A stretch of DNA of 64,000 nt, from contig OZ024741.1 of assembly GCA_964016885.1 (NCBI GenBank), forward strand, positions 125,612,001-125,676,000. The letters run 5' to 3'. This DNA comes from Eledone cirrhosa (taxonomy: Eukaryota). The notes under the pieces are model-generated. The model had not been told where the DNA came from and searched no databases. It was given only the letters and a program-made list of their open reading frames with translations. Made by a program: the position numbers and the translations under genes. This document shows, piece after piece, positions 25,767-38,596 of this stretch. Positions within the stretch are counted from its first letter, which is position 1. Each line of letters begins with the position of its first letter.

Positions 25767-26745
25767 AAGGAGTGAATGCTTAGTCGTTAGCATGTTCAGT
25801 TCCCAAAGATGAAGTCATGAGTTTGATTACCAAACCAGGTGGTATATTGTGTCCTTGAGCAAAACATTTTATTTCCAGCCTCTCAGCTGGAAAAAATGAG
25901 TACCAAGGGCAGCAAACTGGCATCCCAAGCAGGTTGAAGTCTCATACTCCCTGTCTATGTTACATGAAACTAACAGACTCCAGGAGTGAAGTCTTGTACT
26001 CCCACCCACTTAATGCCATATGGAACTAACAGACACTCGAAGGAAAAAGATTTGTACTCTCAGTTACTTAATGCCACATGAAACTAACCAACTCCAGAGG
26101 TGAGAAGACTTTTACTCTCAATCACTTGATGCTACATAGAACTAACAGACACCAGGAGGAAGTTTTGTACTCTCTGTCAATGACACATGAAATTAATAGA
26201 CCCCAGAGAAGGAAAAAGATTTGTAGTCCCAGTCACTTAATGTCACATAAAACTAACAGACCCCAGAGAAGAAGTCTTGTACTCCCAGTCACTTAATGCC
26301 ACATAAAACTAACAGACCCCAGAGAAGAAGTCTTGTACTCCCAGTCACTTAATGCCACATAAAATTAACAGACCCGAGAGAAGTCTTGTACTCCCAGTCA
26401 CTTAATGCCACATGAAACAGACCCCAGAGAAGTCTTGTACTCCCAGTCACTTAATGCCACATAAAACTAACAGACCCCAGAGAAGAAGTCTTGTACTCCC
26501 AGTCACTTAATGCCACATAAAACTAACAGACCCCAGAGAAGAAGTCTTGTACTCCCAGTCACTTAATGCCACATGAAACTAACAGACCCCAGAGAAGAAG
26601 TCTTGTACTCCCAGTCACTTAATGCCACATGAAACTAACAGACCCCAGAGAAGAAGCCTTGTACTCCCAGTCACTTAATGCCACATGAAACTGGGATGAA
26701 CTCCAGCCTGATGAGCCTCAAGATTTGATACAGACTTTAATCTTT
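25767..26745 (+). mobile_element. tRNA/CORE-like SINE with Nin-like 3' domain, internally expanded into a minisatellite
   Basis: A/B-box-like head; gtgtccttgagcaaaaca CORE-like block; 3' end gaaactgggatgaactccagcctgatgagcc. Unexpanded relatives at ~50200-50370 minus and ~28150-28370 plus. Confidence 0.6.
25971..26691 (+). repeat. ~56-bp minisatellite, 13 units
   Basis: Unit aacagaccccagagaagaagtcttgtactcccagtcacttaatgccacat(a/g)aaact; for example, units start at 26311 and 26367. Confidence 0.92.
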
Positions 26746-27318
26746 TTAAACCACTTGACCGGTCATTCCATACATAAACACGAGGAAAACCATGGCCTTG
26801 TGCTTATTTCCAAAATCAATATTTATGGTTTGTGTGATTAATATATTAGACAAATAAATTAATGGGATGATGGCCCCCATCAATAATATATAACTAATTA
26901 GTATATTTATGTCAATTATCTTTCAAGTACATAATAGATAATTACTACATTAAAGAACACAAAAAAGGAGCTAATTTTAAATCTAAACATAATATTAACA
27001 AAACATGATGTACACGCCCTTAACTAAAATACAATACAACGTGTCACACAGTTGTAATAAGCTTTGACTAAAGTATGATACAATATATGTCAGTGCCTTC
27101 CACTGTAATACCTTGACTAAAGTTTGATATAATGTGTCACAATGCCTATCTCTGTAAACAGAAAACAAGAACCATTCCTATTTTATAAAGATGAAATTGG
27201 TTTGTGGTAAACAATTTTGCATAAGTGTACGAATAACTTCACTTACAAGAAGAAACCCAATATGAATCTGAAATAACACAAAAGTAACACTAGCATTGAA
27301 AACAAAATGTTTAATATA

Positions 27319-27418
27319 CAGGGTATCCCTAAAAAACGTATACACACTTTGATTACCTGTACAAACAATATTTATTAGAATGCTGTTGAAGTGTGTACAC
27401 ACTTTTTGAGATATCCTG
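27319..27418. mobile_element. Tc1-like MITE
   Basis: TA-CAGGGTATCCCTAAAAAACGTATACACACTT ... AAGTGTGTACACACTTTTTGAGATATCCTG-TA. A partial relative lies at ~61700-61770. Confidence 0.7.
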
Positions 27419-29465
27419 TATTTATACATAAATACAAACATCATATATTATTTTACACAACCATATTTCTATTAAAAATCATAATAATCATAAAAATAAA
27501 CAATAATTTGGAATGATATAAATAATAACTTTCTCATTATTAAGCTAATATTTGGAACATAACTAAATAAAGAGTCTTAGAAAACAGGCTTTTTGGAGAG
27601 AAAAAGCTAAAACCTTAGCTCTTTTATTACCATATTTCTTGTGAAAAATTATGCCTATTATTTTTAAATCTTGGGTGGAGTTAGTGATATAACTAACTTA
27701 ACTTTACCAATATTAAGCTGGTATTTCAAAGATAATTTAACACAAGTTCTTTGCTTTTAGATAAACATAAACACTTTTAACACTTTCATTCTGATATTTC
27801 TAATGAAATACATTGCTTATGATTTTCAAATTATTTTGAAAATAATGAAAAGATTTGTGAGATTTAGTAATATAACTTTCACCTTAAGTTGGTGTTTGGA
27901 ACATAACTTAACCAAGGTTCTTCATAGAAAACTATGATGGATGGCTTTTAGATAAATATAAATACTTGAACATTTTTGTAATCATATTTCTATTGAAAAA
28001 CACTGCCCATGTTTTTGAGAAAAATAATGAAAAAATTTGAGGGATTTAATGAAGTAACAACTTTCTCATTATTATGCTGGTGTTTGGAACATAACTTAAC
28101 AAAGGTTTTTTTTTAAATAGTGCAAAAGTTTCAGGATTTAATAATATAAAGTCATGGGTTCATTTCCTGGACTGATTAAAATGCTGTGTCCTTGAGCAAG
28201 ACACTTCATTTTACATTGCTCCAATTCCCTCAGTTGAAAATGAGTACCAGTAGCAGCTGGAGATTTAGCCAAATGATGAACTGGTGCCCTGTCCAGGGGA
28301 AAATTTTGAATTATCAGTTATTTGACGTCCATGAAACAGAAATAAGCCCTGGGTTCTGTCCAAAAAGACGGGTGTAATATGATAAGGATAATGAACAAAG
28401 ATACAGACGATCTTCATTTTAGAAACAGGTGAAAGTTTTGTTGGGTGGAGGTGGTGGGCGCATGGAAATTTGGCAGCTAATATTAAACAGCCTGAGCAAC
28501 AACTACATAGAAACTCCTGCACTGGTTTGCCACACCAATGGTTATCAGCTGAGGCAGCAGATAATATGGCTAATTAGGAAAAGTCTAGAAAACAAAGAAT
28601 GGTAAAAAGAACAAAAAGGATAAAAACAATATAGCCATTCCCAAATTAAATTCCTAAATATATATAACCCTTTTGTTATCATATTTCTAATGAAAGACAA
28701 TACTTATGACATTCAAAATAATTTTGTAAATAATCAAGAATTTGGAGGGTTTTAATAATATAACAACTTTTCTCATATTAAGCTACTCTTTTACTCTTTT
28801 ACTTGTTCCAGCCATCCAGCTGAGGCCATGCTGGGGTACCACCCTTGTTTGGAAAATAATTTAACAAAAGTTCTTATATAAAATTACAATGGAAGATTTT
28901 TAGATAAATATTTAAAGAATGGATGAATGTAAAATCTCCCCAAACACATCACCTCTAAACACATGGCCCCCAGCTCTTCACACCTGAATCCATTGGGTTA
29001 CCACATATGAGGGAAGTCAATCAATGCCTCCATAACACAATAAAATCTCTTAAGTCCTCCATAACTAGCACAATGTCCAAAATAGATAAAGATCATCTGA
29101 TTCGAACATGTCAACATTTCAGACCTCATATTGAAGCAGTCGTCAATGCTAGGATTCATTGAATATCAAGAAGTCTCAAGATTATTCATGCCAACTCTTT
29201 CCAAAATGGCTGACAGAATATGCACATGTGTGTTTTTTTACCCTCAAATTTTTTTCTATTCCTTCCTCTTTTCTTTATCTTTCTATTTCATCTTTTATTT
29301 CTCATTTTACCTTCTGCTGGAGGACTAGTATCTCAAACGTTAAGATGCTTTTCCTATTATTTCAAGTGTTAAACTAATATATTTCTATATTTCTTCATTG
29401 TACTGCTGTTTGCTTTGTTATTCCTGTTTACTTTATATATATATATATTTATCCATATATATTTA

Positions 29466-32400
29466 TCCATGTCCTGGGTATGACATTAAACTACATCCAG
29501 TGGCAAGGCTCCAGTTCAGGAGTTCAGGAGATGTAGGGTATGTGGAGTTACCCCTTAGTTGTCATGACTCCCAGGTCTGCCCTGGCCCGGGGTGGTAGTA
29601 CCTGTTAGGGCTCCATTTATGGGTTAAATAACTACCTTATTCGAGTGGCGCCGGTAAGGTATTGTCAGCCATTGAAAAGAAATATGGAGAGTCGATCTAA
29701 CAGCACTAGGGTTAGAGCCCCTAATTACACTGTCAAGGAGCAGCCTGGTCGTTATGACTGCTGGCTTAGAGCCACAGAGAGGGCCAGTGGATGATGGATC
29801 AGCTGTCTCTGAGACAAATATAAAGAATGCAGTTTTGTCCTGCAGAAGAGCCATCAAAATGGGCACTTTGAATGTGAGGACTATTCGGATGCTGGAGAAG
29901 CGAGAGGAGTTGGGACATCTGTTCGAGGAGAGTGGTATACAGATACTTGCGATCCAAGAACACAGGATCCTACACGATGAGCCCGTGAGGAGTGTGATGA
30001 TCGGGAGGAAGAGCCAGCTCATCACTACATCGGCAGTGAAGAACACAACAAATGCTGCAGTAGGAGGAGTGGGTTTTGTGTTCAGTGCAAAAACCAATCT
30101 GTTGGTGAGGGAAATAATGCCTATCTCCCCGCGAGTGTTGAGGGTGACCTTCAATGGAAACCCAAGACTGACAGTCATCTCAGCCTATAGTCCAACCGAG
30201 AGGGACAGTGATGTGAATGCGGAAGAGTTCCATGAGGAGGTGTGTAGAGCTGTCAACACCACTCAGGCACACAATATCTTGCTTGTTTTGGGGGACTTCA
30301 ATGCACATCTGAGTAAGGAGGGCAGTGAAGATCCTTGCTGGTACTTCCATAACAACACCAACCGAAATGGAAGACTACTGAGAGACACCCTGCTGGAGGC
30401 GAACTTGATGGCGACCAACCTAAGGTTTAGGAAGAATCTGGGGAAGATGTGGACCTACATCTCAGATATGCACCTGTCCAAGTCCCAGATTGATTTCATT
30501 CTGGTGAGGAAAAAGTGGCGGAATAGTGTTCTGAACACGGAACCATACAGCTATTTCAGTACACTGGGTAGTGACCACCAGCTTGTTATGAGTGAGGTCC
30601 GTGTGAGCTTAAGAAAGAGCAAGGTTCAGCCCCGGAGAACAATCTATGACTGGGGAGCTTTCAAGGAAGATGATAAGCTACAGGAGAGGTTCACAGTGGA
30701 AGTGGGAAACAGGTTTAGTGCTCTGTGTGGAGAGTCAGAGGAGAGAGAGATTGGATGGACTGAGGAGAGTGTGACGAGGAGGTACGGGCACTTCACCAAT
30801 GCAGTGGCGGAAGCAAGTGAAACCCTGGTGCCGAGGAAAAAGAACAAAGGGAAGCACGTCAGCTCTGCAAACCCAAAAGTGTGTGCAGCCAGAGAACACC
30901 TGAAAGCTGCCAGGGACCAATTCTATGCTGATCCTACGGAGGAGAGGATGGAGACTGTGGAGGTGATGAGGGAAGAGCTCTGTACCGCTTACACTGAGGT
31001 CAGAGAGGAGGCACTGAAAGAGAATATCAGAAGTGTGGAGAGAGTGGTTGACAGATCTGGATGTAAGGAGAGCTGGATGATCATCAACGAGATCACAGGG
31101 AGGAAGAGAAGGTGTTCGAGTCAGATCCAGGGAACGGGGCCCGAGGATAGGAAGAGGAAATGGCTAGACCATTTTAGGACCCTACTAGGAGAGCCACCCT
31201 CCACAGCCCAGAGCACTGGGGAGATCAGGCAGCTGTCTGAGGAACTGGATGTTGAGACAGAGCCCTTCACCAGAGAGGAGCTTCAGAGAGCCAAGAAGAA
31301 GATCAAGGAGGGCAAGGCTCATGGAGAAGATGGAGTGGCATCAGAGGTGATGAAGAGGTGTGATTTTGATGATATCATCCTGGGGTTCTGTAACGGGGCA
31401 CTGGAGAAAGGAATTGCCCCGAATCAGTGGAGGATCAGTAACATCGTCCCAGTGCCAAAGAAGGGAGATCTCTCTAACACCAACAACTACTGAGGGATCT
31501 CACTGACGTCACTTGTGGCAAAGACCCTCAACAGGATGATTCTTAACAGGATCCAGCCTGAGATGGAGAAGCTTAGGGACAACCAGAACGGCTTCAGAGA
31601 GGGTAGATCAACCACCAGTCACATCCTGATGCTGAGGAGGATATTAGAGGGAGCTAGAGCAAAGTGCCTTCCTGCGGTCATGGTTTTCATTGACTTTAGG
31701 AAGGCCTTTGATTCTGTGGACCGTTACTGCCTGATGAAGATCTTACAGGCTTATGGAATCCCCAAGAAGATAGTGGACCTGATATCACTGCTCTACACCA
31801 ACACCAAAGCCCAATTCATTACACCTGATGGGATGACAGAGTTCTTTGAGATACTGGCTGGAGTGCTCCAGGGAGATACATTGGCTCCCTACCTTTTTAT
31901 CATCGTAGTGGACTATTGTATGCGCCTTGCACTGGAGAAACACGAGGACTCTGGCTTTACTGTAGCACCGGCTCAGAGCAGGAGAGTTAGGGCGAAAAAG
32001 GTATCGGATGCTGAATTTGCCGATGACATAGTATTGGTGACAAATACAATGAAGGAGGCAGAGGATTTATGCGGGAGGTTGAGACTGTGTCGATGAGTGT
32101 GGGGCTGAGAATGAATGAGACTAAAACAAAATATCTGGTAGAGAATGTTGAGAAGCCAGAGGGTATCACTAATGTAGGCGGGAAGCCGCTGGAATTGGTT
32201 GAGGACTTCCTGTATTTGGGAGCAAAGATTGGGAATACGGAAGATGATGTGGTTGAGAGGAAGAGCAAGGCCTGGGCGGCGTGCCACAGCTTGAGATCGG
32301 TGTGGAAGTCGGACCTTCATAGAGACCTGAAAATCCGCCTCTTCATTGCTGTAGTGGAGTCTGTGCTGCTGTATGGGTCTGAGACTTGGACACTGACCAA

Positions 32401-32775
32401 GAAACTCACTCAGATGGTGGATGGGTGCTACACGAGAATGCTGAGGATGGCTCTGAACATTAATCAGTATACACTGAGGATGAAAAACTCAGAGCTGTAT
32501 GGGGGCATCCCAAGAGTCAGCTCAAAAGTGACACAGAGGAGACTGAGGTTGGCTGGACATGCTCACCGACATCCAGAGTTGACATTGCACTCAGTGCTCC
32601 TTTGGGAGCCCCTACATGGATACACTAGAAGAGGTTAACATATGTTGATGCCCTAAGGACAGACACTGGTTTGTTGGAGATGCAGGATATGGCAGTGATA
32701 ATGAGGGACAGAGACCGCTGGAGAGAACTCGTCCATGGATCTCGGGAATTTTACCCGCCTTAGATAGATAGATAT
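29466..32775 (+). mobile_element. Near full-length RTE-clade LINE (putative 5' region, APE, RT, (TAGA)n tail)
   Basis: A single long ORF from 29754 with a complete APE domain and RT, ending cccgccttagatagatagata. The 5' boundary is uncertain. Confidence 0.88.
29754..32763 (+). pseudogene. RTE ORF2 (APE endonuclease + reverse transcriptase), inactivated
   Basis: APE motifs GTLNVRT, IQEHR, LGDFNA, QIDFIL, SDH; RT motifs QNGFR, FIDFRKAFD, GVLQGDTLAPYLF, EFADD, FLYLG. Lesions: TGA at 31491 in NY*GISL (likely CGA>TGA), a frameshift near 32069, and a small deletion near 32635. Confidence 0.92.
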
Positions 32776-34632
32776 TTATCCATATTAATCAGCAGTGCTA
32801 TCCCAAGCCAGTAACAAAATGTTATATATAAAACAACAATAATAATAATAATAATAATAATAATAGAGATAGTGATGATTATGGTGGCAATGATGATGAT
32901 GATAATATTAATGAGCACTTGAACTGCATTTTTTAAGAATGTAGGTTAAGAAAGTCATTAAAAATGTTTATATCACTGGAATTCCTCTTAAAAGATACTT
33001 GAGATATTTTAATGATCAATTATATAAAGGTGAACTTTATGGCAGTATATTGTCATCAATGGAATTATAACAATCAGTGAGGTGTATAGAGAAAAACGCA
33101 CTCTTCATGCAGCACTAAATCTTTTTTTCTTTCATATTTTTCTAAAGTACATGGCTTATATGAACTGAACAGCAAGTGTAAGTCCATTTTCCATGCTAAA
33201 CTTGGGCCCGACGATAAGTTTCATACTTATCATGGGGTCCTTTTTGAAACAATATTTTACAGCTGTATGCAACAACTTCCTGGAAACAACACTTTTAGTC
33301 ATCTCTTACGATACACACAGATGCAGTGTTCCTATTCTAGACTGGATATAAAATTCACAGCTCACTTCTCTATGTAGGTTTAGCTCACCAACTATGTTGT
33401 TTCATCTCACAGGAGGTTTCTCGGGTGTTTTAAAGATAGAGGCCTCTATCCTGTCTCAAAAACAAACATGAAATGAGGTGTCTTTCTCAATATAACAGAG
33501 CATGCTGCCTGGTCCAGAAATCAAAACCAAGACCTTATGATCATGAGTTAATCACAACAAAAAATGCCGAGTCAATGCTGTAATGTAGTCATTTTGGTTC
33601 CACAATAAAAAAACACCCAGTCCACACTGTAAATGCTTCTTTTGTTGCCATGATAAAAAGCACCCAATCCCCACTGTAAAGTGGTCAGATTGATGTCACG
33701 ATAAAAAGCACCTAGTCCACACTGTAAATGTGGTTGGCATTAGGAAAGGCATCCAGCCACAGAAACCAAGCCAGAAATAGTTCTGTATGAGCAAGACAGT
33801 CATCTGACCTGACTTGTCTAACATGGACATTAAACAACGATGATGATATATCTATACCAATGAGTGTATACATATACAACTCTTTGTTTGGAATGTTTTC
33901 TATGGCTAAATGCCCTTTCTAACACCAACCAATCTAATCCATTGCAGGGATTAGCCTGTAAATTTGTTAGTTAACCCTTTCATTTCCATATTTCTAATGA
34001 CAAATGCTGTTTTTCAATTGATTAATGAAGAAATTTGAAAGATTTACTAAAATTATTAATTATTTCATTACTAAGATAGTGACCTAACTACGGTTCTTAT
34101 ATAAAATTACATTGGAAGATTTTAATCAAAATAGACAAGTATTAAAACAGTTGGCTTTGTTTCATAGAACCAGAGCCAGTTACAAACCAAGTTGGTATAA
34201 AAAGGGTTAATATATTATTTTGACATCATAAAATACAACACATTCATTCTCACTCATCGATTCACTTGCATTTTCAACACAACAAATAACAAAAGAAGAC
34301 ATTTATTTGGCACAACTAGCAAATACTTGTTCTGAAAAATATATGTTCATGATTTGCAAAGTATGGAAGGATATCAGTGACATAATCAAGATAGTAAATA
34401 GTTTTATTATGATAATGTAAAGATAAAACAAAAATCAAACTAAACCAAAATATACATCTGTCCTTTAAATATGTTTCATTATTGAAATGTAATTGAGATT
34501 GTAAATACTTTCATTATATCAATGTGAAGATGAAATTACAAAAAAATATATATCCGGTCTTTAAATACTTCAATTACTGGAAAGTGAAGATTAAATTTGA
34601 GAATAATCAATAAGGGTATTACAAATGAAGAA

Positions 34633-34711
<79 letters not shown>

Positions 34712-34896
34712 AATAAGAGAGACAGTCTTATTCATACATTTTCATTTTATTATCTAATTTCATTATACGTATTTCAAAGATGCAAGGGTAGTTACATAAT
34801 AACCACCTAGCATGTTTTCTTCAGATGAATTCAGATGTGTTTCTCTATCCATTGACATGTTACAGGTTTAACATGGTGTTAACATCGCTGTCAAGT

Positions 34897-34980
<84 letters not shown>

Positions 34981-35127
34981 TATAACAAAGAAGGTGTGGT
35001 AAGATACCAGGTGGACCATAACACACCAGAGTACTTGATACTTAGGGTAGTAGAGTGGGTAATAGGAAAAGAGTCAGGATCTTGACAGCTAAATCTAGCT
35101 CAGCCGTCGGGGTCCTGACTCTTTTCC

Positions 35128-35158
<31 letters not shown>

Positions 35159-35642
35159 CGGGGTCCTGACTCTTTTCCTATATACATATATATAATACTA
35201 TACGAACATGCTAGACAACAACATGACGGTAACATAGACAACATAGAAATTAGAATAATATCTAAACATAGAAATGACCCAGCAGATAGGCAAATCAGAG
35301 AGGCCAGTGAAATAGAAATTAGAAGGCCAAGACTAAACAGAAAGAATTGAATGGAATAACAACAACACCCAAACAAACAACACTGACCTAAGAGAAGTAT
35401 AAATAAGTAAATAAAATAAAATAAATAAATAAATAAATAAATACATACACAAACACAATAACAACAAGCACATAAACACACACTAGTCACCCATCACACA
35501 GCAAACAAAACACTACACACACGCAAACGCATGCGCAAAGAAGACAAAATAAAATAAACAAACAAGCAAATAAATAAATAAATATATAGACAGACTGAAT
35601 AAAAATGGCGTAGACATATAATACAACAGGAGGAAACGATAA

Positions 35643-35691
35643 CACCACTGACGATGTTGCAGATGTGCAATGAAAGATTTATGATAAACTA
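35643..35691 (+). ncRNA. Hammerhead core ending at the predicted cleavage site
   Basis: CTGACGA 35648-54; stem II GTTGCA/TGCAAT; GAAA 35672-75; stem III AG(A)TTTAT/ATAAACT; CTA 35689-91, then tatata instead of a stem I 3' strand. Confidence 0.55.
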
Positions 35692-35844
35692 TATATATGT
35701 GTTTGTGTCTATATTGTATCTGTATTATTTTTTGACCGTCGGTCAGTCAATGGCAACATTGAGGACCGAGTAAGTTAGATTACCGATATAAAAGACACAG
35801 AAGCAAGAAGCGAAAACCAATCAAATATGACCCTCCCCAAGTAT

Positions 35845-35895
<51 letters not shown>

Positions 35896-35924
35896 AAAGA
35901 ATAGAGGTGTAACACACAAGTTAT

Positions 35925-36328
35925 TATATATTGGTAAACGGAATAGAAAATGCTGACAAATTGTTCACAGTTGAAAAATAGTTTAATTAGGAATAAAAGA
36001 GTATTAGTGATTGTATGGGTTAGTATTCAGTTGTGGTTTTAAGTTTTTAAGTTTTTACCGGTTGCGCATTTCTAAATGCTTTTCAAAAATAATTTTGAGA
36101 TAGAGTGTCCGTGCTGTTTGCTCTGATCAGAGCAAACAGCACGGACACTCTATCTCAAAATTATTTTTGAAAAGCATTTAGAAATGCGCAACCGGTAAAA
36201 ACTTAAAAACTTAAAACCACAACTGAATACTAACCCATACAATCACTAATACTCTTTTATTCCTAATTAAACTATTTTTCAACTGTGAACAATTTGTCAG
36301 CATTTTCTATTCCGTTTACCAATATATA
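35925..36328. repeat. Perfect 404-bp palindrome (no spacer)
   Basis: The arms are exact reverse complements around ctctga|tcagag (36126/36127). The palindrome lies between (TA)n tracts. Confidence 0.95.
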
Positions 36329-36759
36329 TATATATATGTAACATTCTAATTATATATATTTCACAGCAACAAAGAATAAACAAAGAAAATCTATTCCTTA
36401 ACAAATTTAAACCAAAACTAAACGGGTTATCACCCCAATAGAATTGTCATAAAATATAAACACACATACGCACGGAGTGACAGATATATGTGTTTGTAGG
36501 TGTGCATGTATATAATTATTACTACTATTAAAGACCAGAGACCAATTCTGTAGAATCAGGTTTATTCGTTGACAGACCATGCCTTTGTGTGACCAACACA
36601 TCCATGTTAAACCCTGCACGTGCACACACATATATCTATATATATATGCGCACACAGAATTCACCACTGTCGGTTGCGGGGCCCAATCTACATGAAGAAC
36701 TCAATGTGATCAGAATGACTTGTATTTTAATTTCACTGTCCTAACTTCTTATATTATGG

Positions 36760-37116
36760 AAAAAATATATGTGTATGTATGTATATATATATATTTGGAG
36801 GCCATTTCTCTGTGTGTGGGTGTATGTATGTGTATATGTGTGTGTGTGTGTGTGTGTATGTGTGTGCATGTGGATGTATGTATTGTGTGTGCGTGTGTGT
36901 GTGTGTGTGTATGTATGTGTGTATCTGGATGTATGCGTATGTGTATATATATGTGTGTGTGTGTGTATATATATGTGTGTGTATGTGTATATATGTGTGT
37001 GTGTGTGTGTGTTTGTATGTGTGTATGTATATATATATGTGTGTGTGCGTATGTATGTGTGGGGGTGTGTGTGTATATATATGTGTATGTATATGTGTGT
37101 ATATGTGTGTATGTAC

Positions 37117-37170
<54 letters not shown>

Positions 37171-37298
37171 GTGTATCTGGATGTATGTGTATGTATATAT
37201 ATGTGTGTGTGTGTATATATATATATATGTGTGTGTATGTGCATATATGTGTGTGTGTATGTGTGTGTGTATATATATGTATGTGTGTGTGTATGTAC

Positions 37299-37346
<48 letters not shown>

Positions 37347-37400
37347 GTGTATGTATATGTATATGTATGTATGTGTGGATGAAGGTATGTGTGTATATAT
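36760..37400. repeat. Compound (TG)n/(TA)n microsatellite
   Basis: Directly visible; source of five overlapping spurious ORFs. Confidence 0.95.
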
Positions 37401-37724
37401 AGGTGTAAGTGCACTAAATCCCTTTCTATCAATCTCCCCTCTCCTACCTACCACAGGAAGATATATGTATGTATATTGCTTCCACCCCCTCACTGACCAG
37501 CAGCTGGCCATCTGGCCATTGCTAAATTTGACCTTTATAAAATAACCCACACCCCCAAATAACTTCTCATTCACTACCAGAAAGGCACCCAGCAGTCAAC
37601 GAGCTGCTAAAGGAGCTGCTACCAAGATGAAAACTACTGTGAAATCCCACAATGAATTTTATACTTGAATTTTCAAATCTCAAATTTTAACTCTTCTTAT
37701 TATTAATTTTTCTTAATATTAATC

Positions 37725-37772
37725 AACATTTGAAAAGATGGCTTTTGCAGACCCATCGAAACCGGTCATTTT
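37725..37772 (+). ncRNA. Degenerate minimal hammerhead
   Basis: TTGAAAA (versus CTGANGA) - GATGG/CCATC stem II - GAAACCGGTC. Confidence 0.5.
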
Positions 37773-38267
37773 TTATACCCTTTATTATTTCCTTACCATC
37801 GAAGTCTATATTTTTCATGCTGCTACACTAGCTTATATATATATATATATCATCATTATTATCACAGTTTTACATTCGTTCTTCCATGCTAGCATGGGTT
37901 AGACAGGCTGTCCTGTTGTGAGCAGTGTCCAGTCGGCTGACCATGTCTTGCTCATCTGGCTTGATTTCTACAGCTGGATGTCCTTCCTAACACCAACCTC
38001 ATTTACAGTGAGTGCTGGGTGCTTTTTTTCTGTGGCACCGACACGTCCACTTTGCAGTGGGACGGGGTGGGGGCATATTGTCTATATGCTTCAGCTTGTA
38101 CCCGTGGGAAGTGCAATTGGGTAAGGTCGGCTTTTATCACCTCATCCTAGGTCTTCTTGGGTCTCCCCACACTGCGGCTTCCATCGACTTCTAGTGTTCT
38201 GCACCTTTTGATGCAACTGTGTATATATATATATATATATATATATCACTGTATACACCATCATTCA

Positions 38268-38596
38268 TCATTTCATTTTACGTCCACTTTTCCCTGCTTG
38301 CAAGGGTGGGACGGGAGCTGATTCTGGCTTGATTTCTACAGCTGGATGCCCTTCCTAACACCAACCTCATTTACAGTGAGTGCTGGGTGCTTTTTTGCCG
38401 TGGCACCTCCACGACCACTTTGCAGTGGAATGATATGGACCCCAGTCCCTATCATCTCATTTCTACAGCTGAGTAAACTGGAGCAATGTGAAATAAAGTG
38501 TCTTGCTCAAGGAAACAACACATCACCCAGTCTGAGAATTGAACTCACAACCTTTTGATTGCAAGGCCAATGCTCTAACCACTAAACCATGTGCCT
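38268..38596 (-). mobile_element. Composite tRNA-SINE: tRNA head, CORE-like block, central ggaagggcatccagctg motif, RTE-derived tail (second copy 41855-42125)
   Basis: Minus strand reads ggcacatggtttagtggttagagc..gagttcaattctc (A/B boxes), then ccttgagcaagacactttatttcacattgctccag, then tail cccacccttgcaagcagggaaaagtggacgtaaaatga. Confidence 0.75.

Noticed and set aside
25971-26691. Regular repeat array resembling CRISPR
   Set aside because: Units are contiguous with no unique spacers, there are no cas genes, and the context is a eukaryotic SINE.
26700-26730. CTGATGA motif (also ~50220 minus) as a hammerhead
   Set aside because: No downstream GAAA or stems; it is part of the SINE 3' domain.
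36720-37574. Long ORFs of 207-277 aa (CV/YI/HT-rich); similar ones at 9210, 15257-16283, 17903-18202 and 46060-47051
   Set aside because: Translations of stop-poor (TG)n/(TA)n microsatellites.
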